DNA of 63,648 nt, taken from contig CADBIO010000004.1 in the NCBI GenBank assembly GCA_902794835.1, positions 1 to 63,648 on the forward strand, given 5' to 3'. The position numbers and the translations under genes were made by a program. The stretch's first letter is position 1. The number at the start of each line of letters is the position of its first letter. The stretch is from an uncultured Erysipelotrichaceae bacterium. Lineage in GTDB: Bacteria; Bacillota_I; Bacilli_A; RFN20; CAG-826. The notes under the pieces are model-generated. The model saw only the letters and a list, made by a program, of their open reading frames with translations. It ran no database searches and was not told the origin of the DNA. Below, piece after piece: positions 38,758-48,059 of the stretch.

Positions 38758-40719
38758 TTATATTTTCACTTGTTTTTCTTCAATTTGTTCTTGATAGGTG
38801 GAAAGCTGTTCTCCGAGACTCATATCCCGGAATTGACTCATATAAAGGGCAAAATAAGAGCCTTTCTTTTCCATCAATTCCTTATGGGTGCCATCCTCGA
38901 TGATTCTGCCTTTGTCCATCACAAGGATGCGGTCAGAATTGACGATCGTCGAAAGACGGTGAGCGATGGTGATAGAAGTCCTTCCTTTGAGAATCGGGGT
39001 GATGGCTTCTTGGACTCGGGCCTCACTTTCGGTGTCAATGGAAGAGGTGGCCTCGTCTAAAATCAAAATAGAAGGGTCGCGGACAAGGGCCCGAGCGAAA
39101 GAGATCAATTGTTTTTGGCCTTGGGAAAGAGAAGCCCCGCCATCTTGCAAAAAGGTTTCATATCCCTCTTTTTCTTGCATGATGAAACCGTCGATCCCTA
39201 CTGTTTTGGCGGCAGAACGGATTTCCTCAAGACTGGCGTCTAGTTTGCCATAGGCGATATTCTCCCGATAAGTCGCGGAGAAGACGAAAGGCGATTGCTG
39301 GACGTAGCCAATATGCGAACGGAGCCAACCCAAAGAGCGCGTCTTATAATCGACGCCATCGAATAAAATGTTTCCTCCCGTCGGTTCATAGAAACGGCAT
39401 AGAAGATTGGCCAATGTCGTTTTACCAGACCCTGTTTCCCCGACGATAGCCACCGAAGTTCCTGCCTTGATTTTAAGATTCAAGGGGTGGATGACTTCAA
39501 TCCCGTTGCCATAATCGAAAGTCACGTTCTTGAATTCGATGTCGCCTTTCATCGATTCATAAGCCTCTTTTTTCGGTTCAAAGAGGGTGCCATATTTTTC
39601 CTTCACCTCTTTGCCGTCATAGATTTCCACCTCCGCGTCCAGAAGCTGGATGACTTTTTCGGCGGAAGCTTGATTGGCCATGAACTCGGAGAAGGTTTCC
39701 GAGATCCCTTCCAATGGCGAATAGATGGATTGGACAAAGCCGATGAAAAGAACGATGACTGCGACATAAGTGGCGATTTGGGAGATATCGCTGACTCTGG
39801 CGTTGTCGATATCTTGGTATCCAAACAAAATCACGATGGTGATCATCACCGCCGAGATGAAATTCAACAAAGGGCGGAATAAAGCATTGACTCGCCCGGC
39901 GCGGAACCGTTTGATGCGAAGATTGTCGATGATTTCGTTCGCCTCCTCCGAGACGGTGTCTTCCAAAGACAATGTTTTGACCGTCTTTGCCCCGTTGATG
40001 ATTTCTGCTAGCCAGCCGACATAATGCGAATAGGCGTTTCTTGCCGTGCGATGGCGTTTTAGAATCACTTTTTCAAACAAAGGCACGATAAAGGCGACGA
40101 TAGGCAAAGAAACGCAGACAATGAGGGCATATTTGACGTTTTGCGAGAACATCGTGACAATGGTAAAAAGAAGCTCGAAAACCGACCAGAAGATAGAAAG
40201 CAGGTTCCAAGATAGCGTATCCCCGATCGCCGAAGTGTCGTTATTCATCCTGGCGATTAACCAGCCCGAATTCGTTTTGTCAAAATAAGAGAACGACAAT
40301 TCTTGGACGTGCCGGAAAAGGTCCCTTCGCAAGGAAACCATGATCAACATGCTCATGTAATTGGTGAAATAGAAAGTGAAGAAGATGGAAACGCTGCGAA
40401 TGATGACGAAAATCCCCTCGGTGATTAAGAAAGTGGCGAAATTGATGTCAATTTCCCAAACCCCGCGGATAAAAATGACATGGAATGGCAACTCCCAAAG
40501 GTCAAAAGAAGCCAACAGAGTCTCATTCCCCACCAAAGAGATGGCCGAGGCGTTCATCGCCGGGACGAAAGAAGCATCATAGAAAGTAGTCAAAATCATC
40601 GTGAAAAGGACGATCAAAATGACATCCATCCGTTTGGTGGCGTATTTCATGATCCGGAACCAGATTCCGAAATTCAGTTTCTGGGGGAGTGCTTCCTCTT
40701 GAGGCAAAGCAGCCATCAT
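38758..40719 (-). CDS. ABC exporter permease/ATPase subunit B (canonical Walker B-Glu, non-canonical signature LSQGQ)
   Basis: GETGSGKTTLA, LSQGQKQLISFAR, ILILDEATSSID; 653 aa; 4-nt overlap with the upstream partner. Confidence 0.9.
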   Translation of the reverse strand: MMAALPQEEALPQKLNFGIWFRIMKYATKRMDVILIVLFTMILTTFYDASFVPAMNASAISLVGNETLLASFDLWELPFHVIFIRGVWEIDINFATFLITEGIFVIIRSVSIFFTFYFTNYMSMLIMVSLRRDLFRHVQELSFSYFDKTNSGWLIARMNNDTSAIGDTLSWNLLSIFWSVFELLFTIVTMFSQNVKYALIVCVSLPIVAFIVPLFEKVILKRHRTARNAYSHYVGWLAEIINGAKTVKTLSLEDTVSEEANEIIDNLRIKRFRAGRVNALFRPLLNFISAVMITIVILFGYQDIDNARVSDISQIATYVAVIVLFIGFVQSIYSPLEGISETFSEFMANQASAEKVIQLLDAEVEIYDGKEVKEKYGTLFEPKKEAYESMKGDIEFKNVTFDYGNGIEVIHPLNLKIKAGTSVAIVGETGSGKTTLANLLCRFYEPTGGNILFDGVDYKTRSLGWLRSHIGYVQQSPFVFSATYRENIAYGKLDASLEEIRSAAKTVGIDGFIMQEKEGYETFLQDGGASLSQGQKQLISFARALVRDPSILILDEATSSIDTESEARVQEAITPILKGRTSITIAHRLSTIVNSDRILVMDKGRIIEDGTHKELMEKKGSYFALYMSQFRDMSLGEQLSTYQEQIEEKQVKI

Positions 40720-42518
40720 TCCACCTCCATTCTGGACTGAATCTCGGCGATTCTCCGATACAGTCCTTCTTTTTCCAATAGCTCTTCATGGCTTCCCATC
40801 TCGCCGATGGTGCCGTTTTCTAAAACGATGATCTTATCCGCGCTTTTGGCCGAAGCGACCCGATGGGTGATGATGAAAGTGGTGGCCTCGGAGGCGTTCT
40901 TCCTTAGATTCTCACGAATCTCGAAATCCGTTTTGGTGTCCACGGCGCTTAAGGAATCATCAAAGATCAAAATCGGGGCTTTGGTGATTAAGGTCCTGGC
41001 AATGGCGACGCGTTGCTTTTGGCCGCCAGAAAGTGTCACGCCACGCTCACCGACAATGGTCGCATACCCTTCTTTGAATCCTTGAACCGTATGGTCAACA
41101 TCGGCATTTTTCGCCGCATAACGGATTTCTTCTTCGCTGGCTTTGGGGTTGGCGATACGAATGTTGGCTTCAATGGAACGGGAGAAAAGATAAGGGTCTT
41201 GTAAAACAGGGACGACTTTTTTCCGAAGATAACGTTTTTGGATTTCTTTGAGCTCGACCCCATCGATACGAATCGACCCCGAATCATAATCATACAGACG
41301 GGTTAACAGTAATAACAAAGTGGACTTCCCTGAACCTGTTTTCCCCATAATCGCGACCGTTTCTCCCTTTTTGACGGAGAAAGTCACATTCTTGATGGTG
41401 GCTCCTTTCGAATCGGGGTAGTGGAAGGAGACGTTCTCAAAGACGATATTGCCTTCAATTTTCGGCGTCAGTCCGGTCTCAAGATCTTCTGAAGGCTTGT
41501 CCAATAGGAGTTGGATACGGTCTGCCGAGGCGATGTTTTGCCCCATATTGGCCAGACATTGAGCCGCTTCGCGAACTGGCCAGACCATCATATTGACATA
41601 GAGTAGAGCGACCACCAAAGTTCCGGCATTGATCTCCCTTAAATAAACCAGATAGACTCCCCAAAGCAAGGCGATGACTTTGGAAGCGAAGACAAAAATG
41701 TCGGAACTTGAGAAAAAGAAAGCGTTAAAACGTTTCCAAGAAAGAAATTTGTTCCGGTAATCGCGGAGAGAACGTTCAAAAGAGGAAATCTCATAAAGCT
41801 CATTGTTGAACGCTTTAACGATGCGGACGGAGGCTAGATTTTCTGAGACCTTGTCCGTTAAGGCGGCTTCGGAATCATCCGTCGCCCGGTAAAGTTTCCT
41901 CACATGGTTCGTCAATAACAAGGAGTAAAGGAAAAGGATTGGGAAGAGGGAGACGCTGACCAAGGTCATCTTCCAAGAAAGACCAAATAGGATGATCGAA
42001 CAGAAAACAACCATCCAAACGGCCCAAGTGATGTTGGCCGAATCCATCGCGATGAATTTCCTAAGGACCATGATATCGCGTGTCGCCGTTTGCAAAAGAT
42101 CGCCTTCTTTGCTGGTTTTATATTGATCATAAGGGAGACGTTGGATGTGAGAGAAGACTTCTTTTTGGACGTGGGCGTTAAATTGCATCGAAAAATAAGC
42201 CCTCATCCAGATCCGCAAGAACAAACTTAAGCCATAGACGCTGGCAAGTACGATCATCGCCGTGGGAAGGATATATTTTCCATTGTCATAAAGGTATTGG
42301 TTCCCTCTCCCTCCCGTCAGCAAGAAAATCACCGCCCGTTCAAAAGCCTCCGCTTTATCCAATTGCTCAACTCCTTCGATGGTGTCGACTAAAACTTTGA
42401 TCAAGAAAGTATTTAAAATCGAGCCCAATCCCACGAACAGTTGTAAAAACAATTGAAAGAAGAAGAGAAATCTCGTCCCTTTCAAAAGATGCCAAGACGT
42501 TTTAAAGAAACCTCTCAT
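40716..42518 (-). CDS. ABC exporter permease/ATPase subunit A (catalytic Glu replaced by Asp)
   Basis: GKTGSGKSTLL, LSGGQKQRVAIAR, ILIFDDSLSAVD. The ATG at 42518 is preferred over the GTG at 42524. Confidence 0.9.
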   Translation of the reverse strand: MRGFFKTSWHLLKGTRFLFFFQLFLQLFVGLGSILNTFLIKVLVDTIEGVEQLDKAEAFERAVIFLLTGGRGNQYLYDNGKYILPTAMIVLASVYGLSLFLRIWMRAYFSMQFNAHVQKEVFSHIQRLPYDQYKTSKEGDLLQTATRDIMVLRKFIAMDSANITWAVWMVVFCSIILFGLSWKMTLVSVSLFPILFLYSLLLTNHVRKLYRATDDSEAALTDKVSENLASVRIVKAFNNELYEISSFERSLRDYRNKFLSWKRFNAFFFSSSDIFVFASKVIALLWGVYLVYLREINAGTLVVALLYVNMMVWPVREAAQCLANMGQNIASADRIQLLLDKPSEDLETGLTPKIEGNIVFENVSFHYPDSKGATIKNVTFSVKKGETVAIMGKTGSGKSTLLLLLTRLYDYDSGSIRIDGVELKEIQKRYLRKKVVPVLQDPYLFSRSIEANIRIANPKASEEEIRYAAKNADVDHTVQGFKEGYATIVGERGVTLSGGQKQRVAIARTLITKAPILIFDDSLSAVDTKTDFEIRENLRKNASEATTFIITHRVASAKSADKIIVLENGTIGEMGSHEELLEKEGLYRRIAEIQSRMEVE

Positions 42519-42623
42519 ACACACGATTATATAAGAAGAGAGGATTTTTGTTGTCCGATTTGCTTAAGTTTTTGAAATGCTTGGATAAAGAGAGGAAACT
42601 TTTCGCTATAATAGGGCTATCTT

Positions 42624-43193
42624 ATGAACAAATATTATCTTTTCCTCGCCAATTCACCAATCAACAAAGAATTGTTCAAAGAAAGCATCCTTTCCTTGTC
42701 GGAAGACGAATTGACGATTGAATATGAGAATGACAGGAAAGGCTATATTCTGGCCGATGAGAAATTCGCCAGCGCCCTTCAAGAGACCATTTTCACCATC
42801 CATGATGATTTGAATCTTACTTTGACGGTGGTCATTGCCCATCGTGATGGCCCATTGGAAGAAAAACTCCTGCGCGAGGCCCTTTCTTATTTCCCCAACC
42901 AATGCCTTTATCTCACCGATATGTTGATGAAAGAGCTCTCTTTCGGAGACTTTTCTTCCATCCCTTTGCTTTCTAACGAATTCCGTGGAGTGAGTCACGA
43001 TCTTCTTTTGACGGCCGGGACTTTCCTTCGCTGCGGCTTAAATGGGGTGTTGACCTCTGAGAGTCTTTTTATCCATCGCAACACCTTCAATTATCGTCTG
43101 AACGCCTTCATCGCGGAGACGGGATTAGATATCCGAGACTACCATAACGCCTTGCTTTTGGAACTTTATTTCCAGCTTGGCGCCAACCATTGA
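42624..43193 (+). CDS. Putative transcription regulator with PucR/CdaR-type C-terminal HTH
   Basis: C-terminus LFIHRNTFNYRLNAFIAETGLDIRDYHNALLLELYFQL resembles the PucR C-terminal HTH pattern (HRNTxxYRLxxIxExxGxD). Confidence 0.5.
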   Translation: MNKYYLFLANSPINKELFKESILSLSEDELTIEYENDRKGYILADEKFASALQETIFTIHDDLNLTLTVVIAHRDGPLEEKLLREALSYFPNQCLYLTDMLMKELSFGDFSSIPLLSNEFRGVSHDLLLTAGTFLRCGLNGVLTSESLFIHRNTFNYRLNAFIAETGLDIRDYHNALLLELYFQLGANH

Positions 43194-43200
43194 TTTTAAT

Positions 43201-43217
43201 TTGTGCACACTGCACAA
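43201..43217. promoter_or_regulatory. 17-bp perfect palindrome (candidate operator) upstream of the MsmX-like ATPase gene
   Basis: TTGTGCA-CAC-TGCACAA with no T-run after it. TATAAT lies about 25 nt downstream (gttataatg). Confidence 0.3.
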
Positions 43218-43273
43218 GACACCATTGAGAAGTATGTTATAATGTTCCTAACATCCAAGGAGACATATTTTTT

Positions 43274-44701
43274 ATGGCTTTATTCAAAAAGAAAGAAAAG
43301 AAGGAGGTCACCGAGAAAGACATTCTCGAAGGCCAGCCTATCGTCACCAAAAAAGAGGTGGAAGAAAGAGCGAAAGAAATCCAAGAGCTCATCCCAAACG
43401 AATCCTGGGATCCGAATGCGTATGTTTCTCTCCGCCACATCGACAAAGTCTATGACAATGGCATTCAAGCCGTCTATGATTTCAATTTAGACATCAAAAA
43501 ACACGAATTCATCGTTTTCGTCGGCCCATCTGGATGTGGTAAATCCACAACCTTAAGAATGATCGCGGGCTTGGAAGATATCACCAACGGAGAACTTTAT
43601 ATCGATGGCGAGTTCGCCAACGACAAATCACCAAAAGACCGCGATATCGCGATGGTTTTCCAATCCTACGCCCTTTATCCGCATATGACCGTCTATAACA
43701 ATATGGCGTTCGGCTTAAAAATCCGCCACCTCCCTAAAGCGGAGATCGATCAGCGTGTCCATGCGGCGGCCAAAGTCTTGCAGATCGAAGAATATCTCGA
43801 CCGCAAGCCAAAAGCCCTTTCTGGCGGTCAACGTCAACGTGTTGCCTTAGGCCGTGCTATCGTGAGAAACGCCAAAGTCTTCTTGATGGACGAGCCGCTT
43901 TCCAACTTAGACGCCAAACTCCGCGTTCAGATGCGTTCGGAAATCATTAAGCTCCACGAATCCCTCAATGCGACGACCATTTATGTCACCCACGACCAGA
44001 CCGAAGCCATGACCATGGCCTCCCGCATCGTCGTCATGAAATTGGGCCATGTTCAGCAAATCGGCTCCCCGATCGATATCTACAACAAACCAGCCAATGT
44101 CTTCGTCGCCGGTTTCATCGGCTCTCCGGCCATGAACTTGATGAAGGCCCATTATAATGGCAAAAAGCTCGTTTTAAATGACGGAACCGAAATCGACCTC
44201 CCGAAAGAATTCGCCAAATCTTATGAGGAATTCTATACGAAAGAGATTGAGGAATTAAACATTCAAAAGAGCGCTTTAGACGCCAAACTCGTCGTTGCGG
44301 AAGAAGAATTGAACCTCAAAGGGGACAAAGCCACCTCCAAAGAGAAAGCGGCAGTGGAAAACCTCCATTCCAAACTCGCAGCCATCGATGATCAAATCCT
44401 CAAGATGAAAGAATCCCTGAAAGGAGAAGGCGATGTCATCTTCGGCATCCGCCCAGAAGATATTCACGAAGGCGACGAGGAGCATGTCAAGAAATATGGC
44501 GGCACCCCGATTGACGTCAAAGTCTCCGTCGCAGAACTTCTCGGCCACGAATATTATGTCCATTCGGATTTTGGGGGCATTGACTTGGTTGCCAAAATTC
44601 CGCTTGCCCATGAAATCAGACTTGGCGATTCGATCAAGATTCTCTTCGACTTGCCTAAGGCCCATATCTTCGACGCCCATTCCGAAAAGAGAATCTATTG
44701 A
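43274..44701 (+). CDS. Sugar ABC transporter ATP-binding protein (MsmX/MalK/UgpC type) with N-terminal extension and coiled-coil insert
   Basis: [40 protein letters not shown]. At 475 aa it is longer than the roughly 370 aa usual for this family. It has a Lys/Glu-rich first 50 aa and an insert, [62 protein letters not shown]. Confidence 0.9.
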   Translation: MALFKKKEKKEVTEKDILEGQPIVTKKEVEERAKEIQELIPNESWDPNAYVSLRHIDKVYDNGIQAVYDFNLDIKKHEFIVFVGPSGCGKSTTLRMIAGLEDITNGELYIDGEFANDKSPKDRDIAMVFQSYALYPHMTVYNNMAFGLKIRHLPKAEIDQRVHAAAKVLQIEEYLDRKPKALSGGQRQRVALGRAIVRNAKVFLMDEPLSNLDAKLRVQMRSEIIKLHESLNATTIYVTHDQTEAMTMASRIVVMKLGHVQQIGSPIDIYNKPANVFVAGFIGSPAMNLMKAHYNGKKLVLNDGTEIDLPKEFAKSYEEFYTKEIEELNIQKSALDAKLVVAEEELNLKGDKATSKEKAAVENLHSKLAAIDDQILKMKESLKGEGDVIFGIRPEDIHEGDEEHVKKYGGTPIDVKVSVAELLGHEYYVHSDFGGIDLVAKIPLAHEIRLGDSIKILFDLPKAHIFDAHSEKRIY

Positions 44702-44729
44702 TTCCTTTCCTAAAAAACCATTCTCGCTA

Positions 44730-44761
44730 GCCAGGGGGAACTGTCTTCCCCTGGCTTTTTA
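44730..44761 (+). terminator. Intrinsic terminator after the ATPase gene
   Basis: GCCAGGGGGA...TCCCCTGGC (10-bp stem) followed by TTTTT. Confidence 0.85.
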
Positions 44762-44835
44762 TTAAGGAAAGAAAAAGACTTTCAACAACGAAAATCTCAA
44801 CGCACAATATTGCTTATCCAAGCGAAAATTATGCA

Positions 44836-44864
44836 ACATTAAAAAGTAACATTATTTTTAATGT
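44836..44864. promoter_or_regulatory. 10-bp perfect inverted repeat (candidate operator) in the leader of the glycan locus
   Basis: ACATTAAAAA (44836-44845), 9 nt, TTTTTAATGT (44855-44864). Confidence 0.3.
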
Positions 44865-44885
44865 AAAAGCGTTGTTTTTGATAAG

Positions 44886-44912
44886 ACCCTTATCTTTAGA
44901 TAAGGGTTTTTT
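44886..44912 (+). terminator. Strong terminator-like hairpin about 95 nt upstream of the CBM-lipoprotein start (possible attenuator)
   Basis: ACCCTTATC TTTA GATAAGGGT (9-bp perfect stem) followed by TTTTT. Confidence 0.6.
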
Positions 44913-45006
44913 CCTGAAAAAACGAGAAAAAATCGAGGGGGTTGTCTTCAGAAAAAGCAGTGTTTATAAAATAGTTAGCAACAGTAAATCTGTAGGGAGG
45001 AAAACC

Positions 45007-47070
45007 ATGAGCAAAAAGCATTTTTGCGGCCCCGTCCTTTTGGCCTTTCTTTTCGGCTGTGGGGCGGTGCTGACTTCATGCAACCCGCCTCAACAAGAAG
45101 ACGTACCCGCCCAACAAGTCGTATGGACTGGGGTGGAAGATCTCGGATTGGACATGGGCCAAGCCAAGCCCGATTTGATGGAGGGGGTCAGTGCCACCCA
45201 AGGTGAGAAAGTCTTGACGGTTGTCATTGACGAAGAACGCTCCGATGAACTCGACACAAGCGTCGTGGGCGCGTTTTCCATTTATTATGTCGCCTACGAC
45301 GGAGAGGTGCCAGTCAGTGAGGATCTCCATGGCGAGGTCGTTAGAACCATCACCGTTTCCCGCGGGACTTACATCGACAACCACGATTTTAAAACCTCTG
45401 ACACCAAAGGCTGGAGCGGGAATGGCAATGGCAATTCCGCGATGACATGGCATATTGATGCCAGCCAAGAAGCCCTTGTTGTGGAAATTGCAAAATCAGG
45501 TGACGAATATTGGCAAAACCAAGTCGAATTCAATGGTCTCAGCGTCAAAGCCCACACCACCTATTTGATTACCATCAGAGCGAAATCGCTGACTCCTAGA
45601 AATATCGGGGCGTCTTTGGAAGTCCCGGCTTTAGGATATCGTTGCATCGATAGAATCAGCGTCAACTCCGTTGGCTACACAATGAGCGAAGAATATGCCG
45701 ATTATCGCTTTTATTACACCGCCTCGGAGAATTATGATGGCGTCAAATTCGGCATCATCCTAGGAAGGTTCAATGAACTCGACGAAACCGAGAATACCGT
45801 CTTGATTGACTCTGTCTCGATTACCAAAGAAGCCAAAGAAGCCAACACCACAGGGGTCGTTTTCACCGGCGATAGCGTCGTTAAGATCTCTTCTTACGAA
45901 GATTATTTGGCCCTCCCTCCGGTGACGGCGGTCGATAAAGAGGGGAATCCTTTGGAATTAATCAAAGAAGGAGCCGTCCAAGGGAGCGAATATCACGAAG
46001 ATCTAGGCAAAGCGGTCTTTGGCGAAATGTGGAAATATGTCGATGAGAATGGCAATCTATCTTATTTCCGAAGACAGATTTCCTATGCCGCCCCCGCCCC
46101 CGAGAGACTCTATGAATATGACACCCTTGATGGCAACTTCGAATATGGCGTGAAATTCTGGATTCCAGAAGAAAACGATATCGTGAAGATCGAAGCGGAC
46201 AAAACCAACCAATTGGTGGAAATTTCTTCGATGAAGACCGCCCCAAGCGGCGAGCCAGATTGGAGGGCTCAATTACAGCAAAACAACAACGGCGGAATCT
46301 TAACCGCCAATCATGCCTATAAGATGGTCGTCGAAGCGAAAATCGACAACATCAATGTCCGGACCCTGCGAGCGGAATTCTGCGCCGGGGCGGGGAATCC
46401 TAACGCCAAAAAAGACATGATCTTTGAAGCCGCGGATACTTACCAGAGCTTCGAAACCGAGCCATTCCAGCCTTCTTCCGATATCACGGGAGGCCACTAT
46501 CGTGTCGGCCTCTTGCTTGGCGAATATAACCAAGCTTATCATCTGACTGTCAAATCCATCCATGTCGTGGAAGTGGAGGCTGATATCCCCTATGTCAGGG
46601 AAAGCGTCTATGAAGTCATGAATGGGGATTTTGATCTTGGGCTGAAATATTGGGCCAAAGAAGAAAACGGCATCATCTCGATCTCCGATTTGGGTGAGGG
46701 GCTAATCAAAATCGCCTCGACCCAAGAAGATCGGACCGGCCAGCCAGATTGGACCGCCCAATTGCAACAAAACGGCAATGGAGGGATTTTAGAAGCCGGG
46801 CACACTTATCAAGCCCTTGTGCGCGCCAAAACCAGTCAAACCGCCGTCAGAACCTTGAGATTGGAATTCTGCGCCGGGGCGGGAAATCCCAATGCGAAAG
46901 TGGATCTATCCTTCAGCGCCCAAGACACATTCGAAGAATTCCAAACCGCCACCTTCACCCCAACGAGTGAGGTCAGCGGCACCAATTATCGGATTGGCTT
47001 GTTGCTTGGCGAATATAGCCAAAGCTATGAGCTGACCGTGGATTACATCCGGATCGTCGAGGTCATTTAA
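45007..47070 (+). CDS. Surface lipoprotein with three CBM-like (CBM4/9/22-type) modules and no catalytic domain
   Basis: ATG at 45007 follows GGGAGG. MSKKHFCGPVLLAFLFGCGAVLTSC has a signal peptide and lipobox. Modules contain a G(D/N)F..G...W ... PDW.AQLQQN.NGGIL ... Y(R).G(L/I)LLG pattern typical of sugar-binding beta-sandwiches. The track start at 44872 reads through the leader hairpin. Confidence 0.7.
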   Translation: MSKKHFCGPVLLAFLFGCGAVLTSCNPPQQEDVPAQQVVWTGVEDLGLDMGQAKPDLMEGVSATQGEKVLTVVIDEERSDELDTSVVGAFSIYYVAYDGEVPVSEDLHGEVVRTITVSRGTYIDNHDFKTSDTKGWSGNGNGNSAMTWHIDASQEALVVEIAKSGDEYWQNQVEFNGLSVKAHTTYLITIRAKSLTPRNIGASLEVPALGYRCIDRISVNSVGYTMSEEYADYRFYYTASENYDGVKFGIILGRFNELDETENTVLIDSVSITKEAKEANTTGVVFTGDSVVKISSYEDYLALPPVTAVDKEGNPLELIKEGAVQGSEYHEDLGKAVFGEMWKYVDENGNLSYFRRQISYAAPAPERLYEYDTLDGNFEYGVKFWIPEENDIVKIEADKTNQLVEISSMKTAPSGEPDWRAQLQQNNNGGILTANHAYKMVVEAKIDNINVRTLRAEFCAGAGNPNAKKDMIFEAADTYQSFETEPFQPSSDITGGHYRVGLLLGEYNQAYHLTVKSIHVVEVEADIPYVRESVYEVMNGDFDLGLKYWAKEENGIISISDLGEGLIKIASTQEDRTGQPDWTAQLQQNGNGGILEAGHTYQALVRAKTSQTAVRTLRLEFCAGAGNPNAKVDLSFSAQDTFEEFQTATFTPTSEVSGTNYRIGLLLGEYSQSYELTVDYIRIVEVI
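46111..47067 (+). repeat. Intragenic tandem duplication: two roughly 155-aa CBM-like modules
   Basis: Module 46111-46578 and module 46606-47067 are clearly homologous at protein level and partly at DNA level (gaattctgcgccggggcgggGaatccTaaCgcCaaa / gaattctgcgccggggcgggAaatccCaaTgcGaaa). A more divergent third module lies at about 45373-45826. Confidence 0.8.
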
Positions 47071-47096
47071 GAATCTTGTCAGGTGCCTCCGTCCCT

Positions 47097-48059
47097 ATGA
47101 AATACCAAAAACGAGTTTGCCTGAAAACGATAGCCTATGAGCTTGGCATCTCCGTGAACACGGTCAGCAGAGCCTTGCGAGATTGCGACGACATTTCCGA
47201 GCATACGAAAGAGAAAGTCAGGAAGATGGCCATTGAACTAGGCTATCTTCCTAACAATCTCCTCTATTCGATCAACAATGGCGAAACCAAATCCGTCGCT
47301 TTGATTATCAACAACGTCAAGAACTATTATTTCTCGATCATGAATGACCGCCTTCTCTATTACCTTCGAGAAGAAGGCTATCTGGCGAACATCATTTGCT
47401 TATATGGCAATGCGTTCAACACTTCCATCGTGAAAGAATGCATCTACCAAAGAGTCGATATGATCGTCACGTTCGTAGAACCGACCAAGGAAGCCTTGGA
47501 ATTGGTTCATATCAACCATCTTCCTCTGATCATGTGCGGAAGGAAGATATCGAAAAAATATTGTGACACCCTTTACACGGACGATCTTAAAGGAGGGGCT
47601 TTGGCGGCCGACTATCTTCTTCGCAAAGGGGCGGAAACCTTCATTTATCTCCATGTGGACGGAAGCGAATGTTCCGTCAGAAGGTATCTTGGATTCAAAC
47701 GTCGTCTTGCCGAGGAAAAAGACGAATTCACGCTGAAAAAGATCCGCGCCGAAGATTTCGATTCCAAAATCGAAGAAATCCGTTCTTATCCTTCTTTGGG
47801 CATTTTCGCCTATAACGACGAACATCTCTTCATCCTCCTAGACAAATTGAAGCAACGCCGCTTTGATCTAAGCCAGATTCATTTCATCGGCTACGATGGC
47901 GTTTGCAAGAACATGTCAGGGACAATCAAAATCCCATCCATCGCCTTTGATTATGATGCGATGGCCCATGAAGTGGTCAAACTCATCAAAGACAAAAAAG
48001 ACGAGAATGAGAAGCATAAATCGATGTGCTTCGACGTATATTTGGAGGAGATCGAATGA
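47097..48059 (+). CDS. LacI-family transcriptional regulator
   Basis: KTIAYELGISVNTVSRALRD is the HTH, followed by a periplasmic-binding-protein-like sugar domain. The start is uncertain (ATG 47097 or TTG 47076; no good SD). Confidence 0.85.
   Translation: MKYQKRVCLKTIAYELGISVNTVSRALRDCDDISEHTKEKVRKMAIELGYLPNNLLYSINNGETKSVALIINNVKNYYFSIMNDRLLYYLREEGYLANIICLYGNAFNTSIVKECIYQRVDMIVTFVEPTKEALELVHINHLPLIMCGRKISKKYCDTLYTDDLKGGALAADYLLRKGAETFIYLHVDGSECSVRRYLGFKRRLAEEKDEFTLKKIRAEDFDSKIEEIRSYPSLGIFAYNDEHLFILLDKLKQRRFDLSQIHFIGYDGVCKNMSGTIKIPSIAFDYDAMAHEVVKLIKDKKDENEKHKSMCFDVYLEEIE

Noticed and set aside
44862-44875. Possible CcpA cre / LacI operator (TGTAAAAGCGTTGT) in the glycan-locus leader
   Set aside because: When centred on the CG, only about 11 of 14 positions fit TGWAANCGNTNWCA, and the right half-site is poor. 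It is too weak to call.
44872-45006. N-terminal extensions offered by the ORF track (also 4996-5073, 12794-12844, 12231-12287, 15660-15731, 28041-28091, 58542-58673, 47076-47096)
   Set aside because: The extensions start at alternative codons without an SD. They read through terminators, T-box or leader structures, or precede obvious signal-peptide or consensus N-termini with good SDs.
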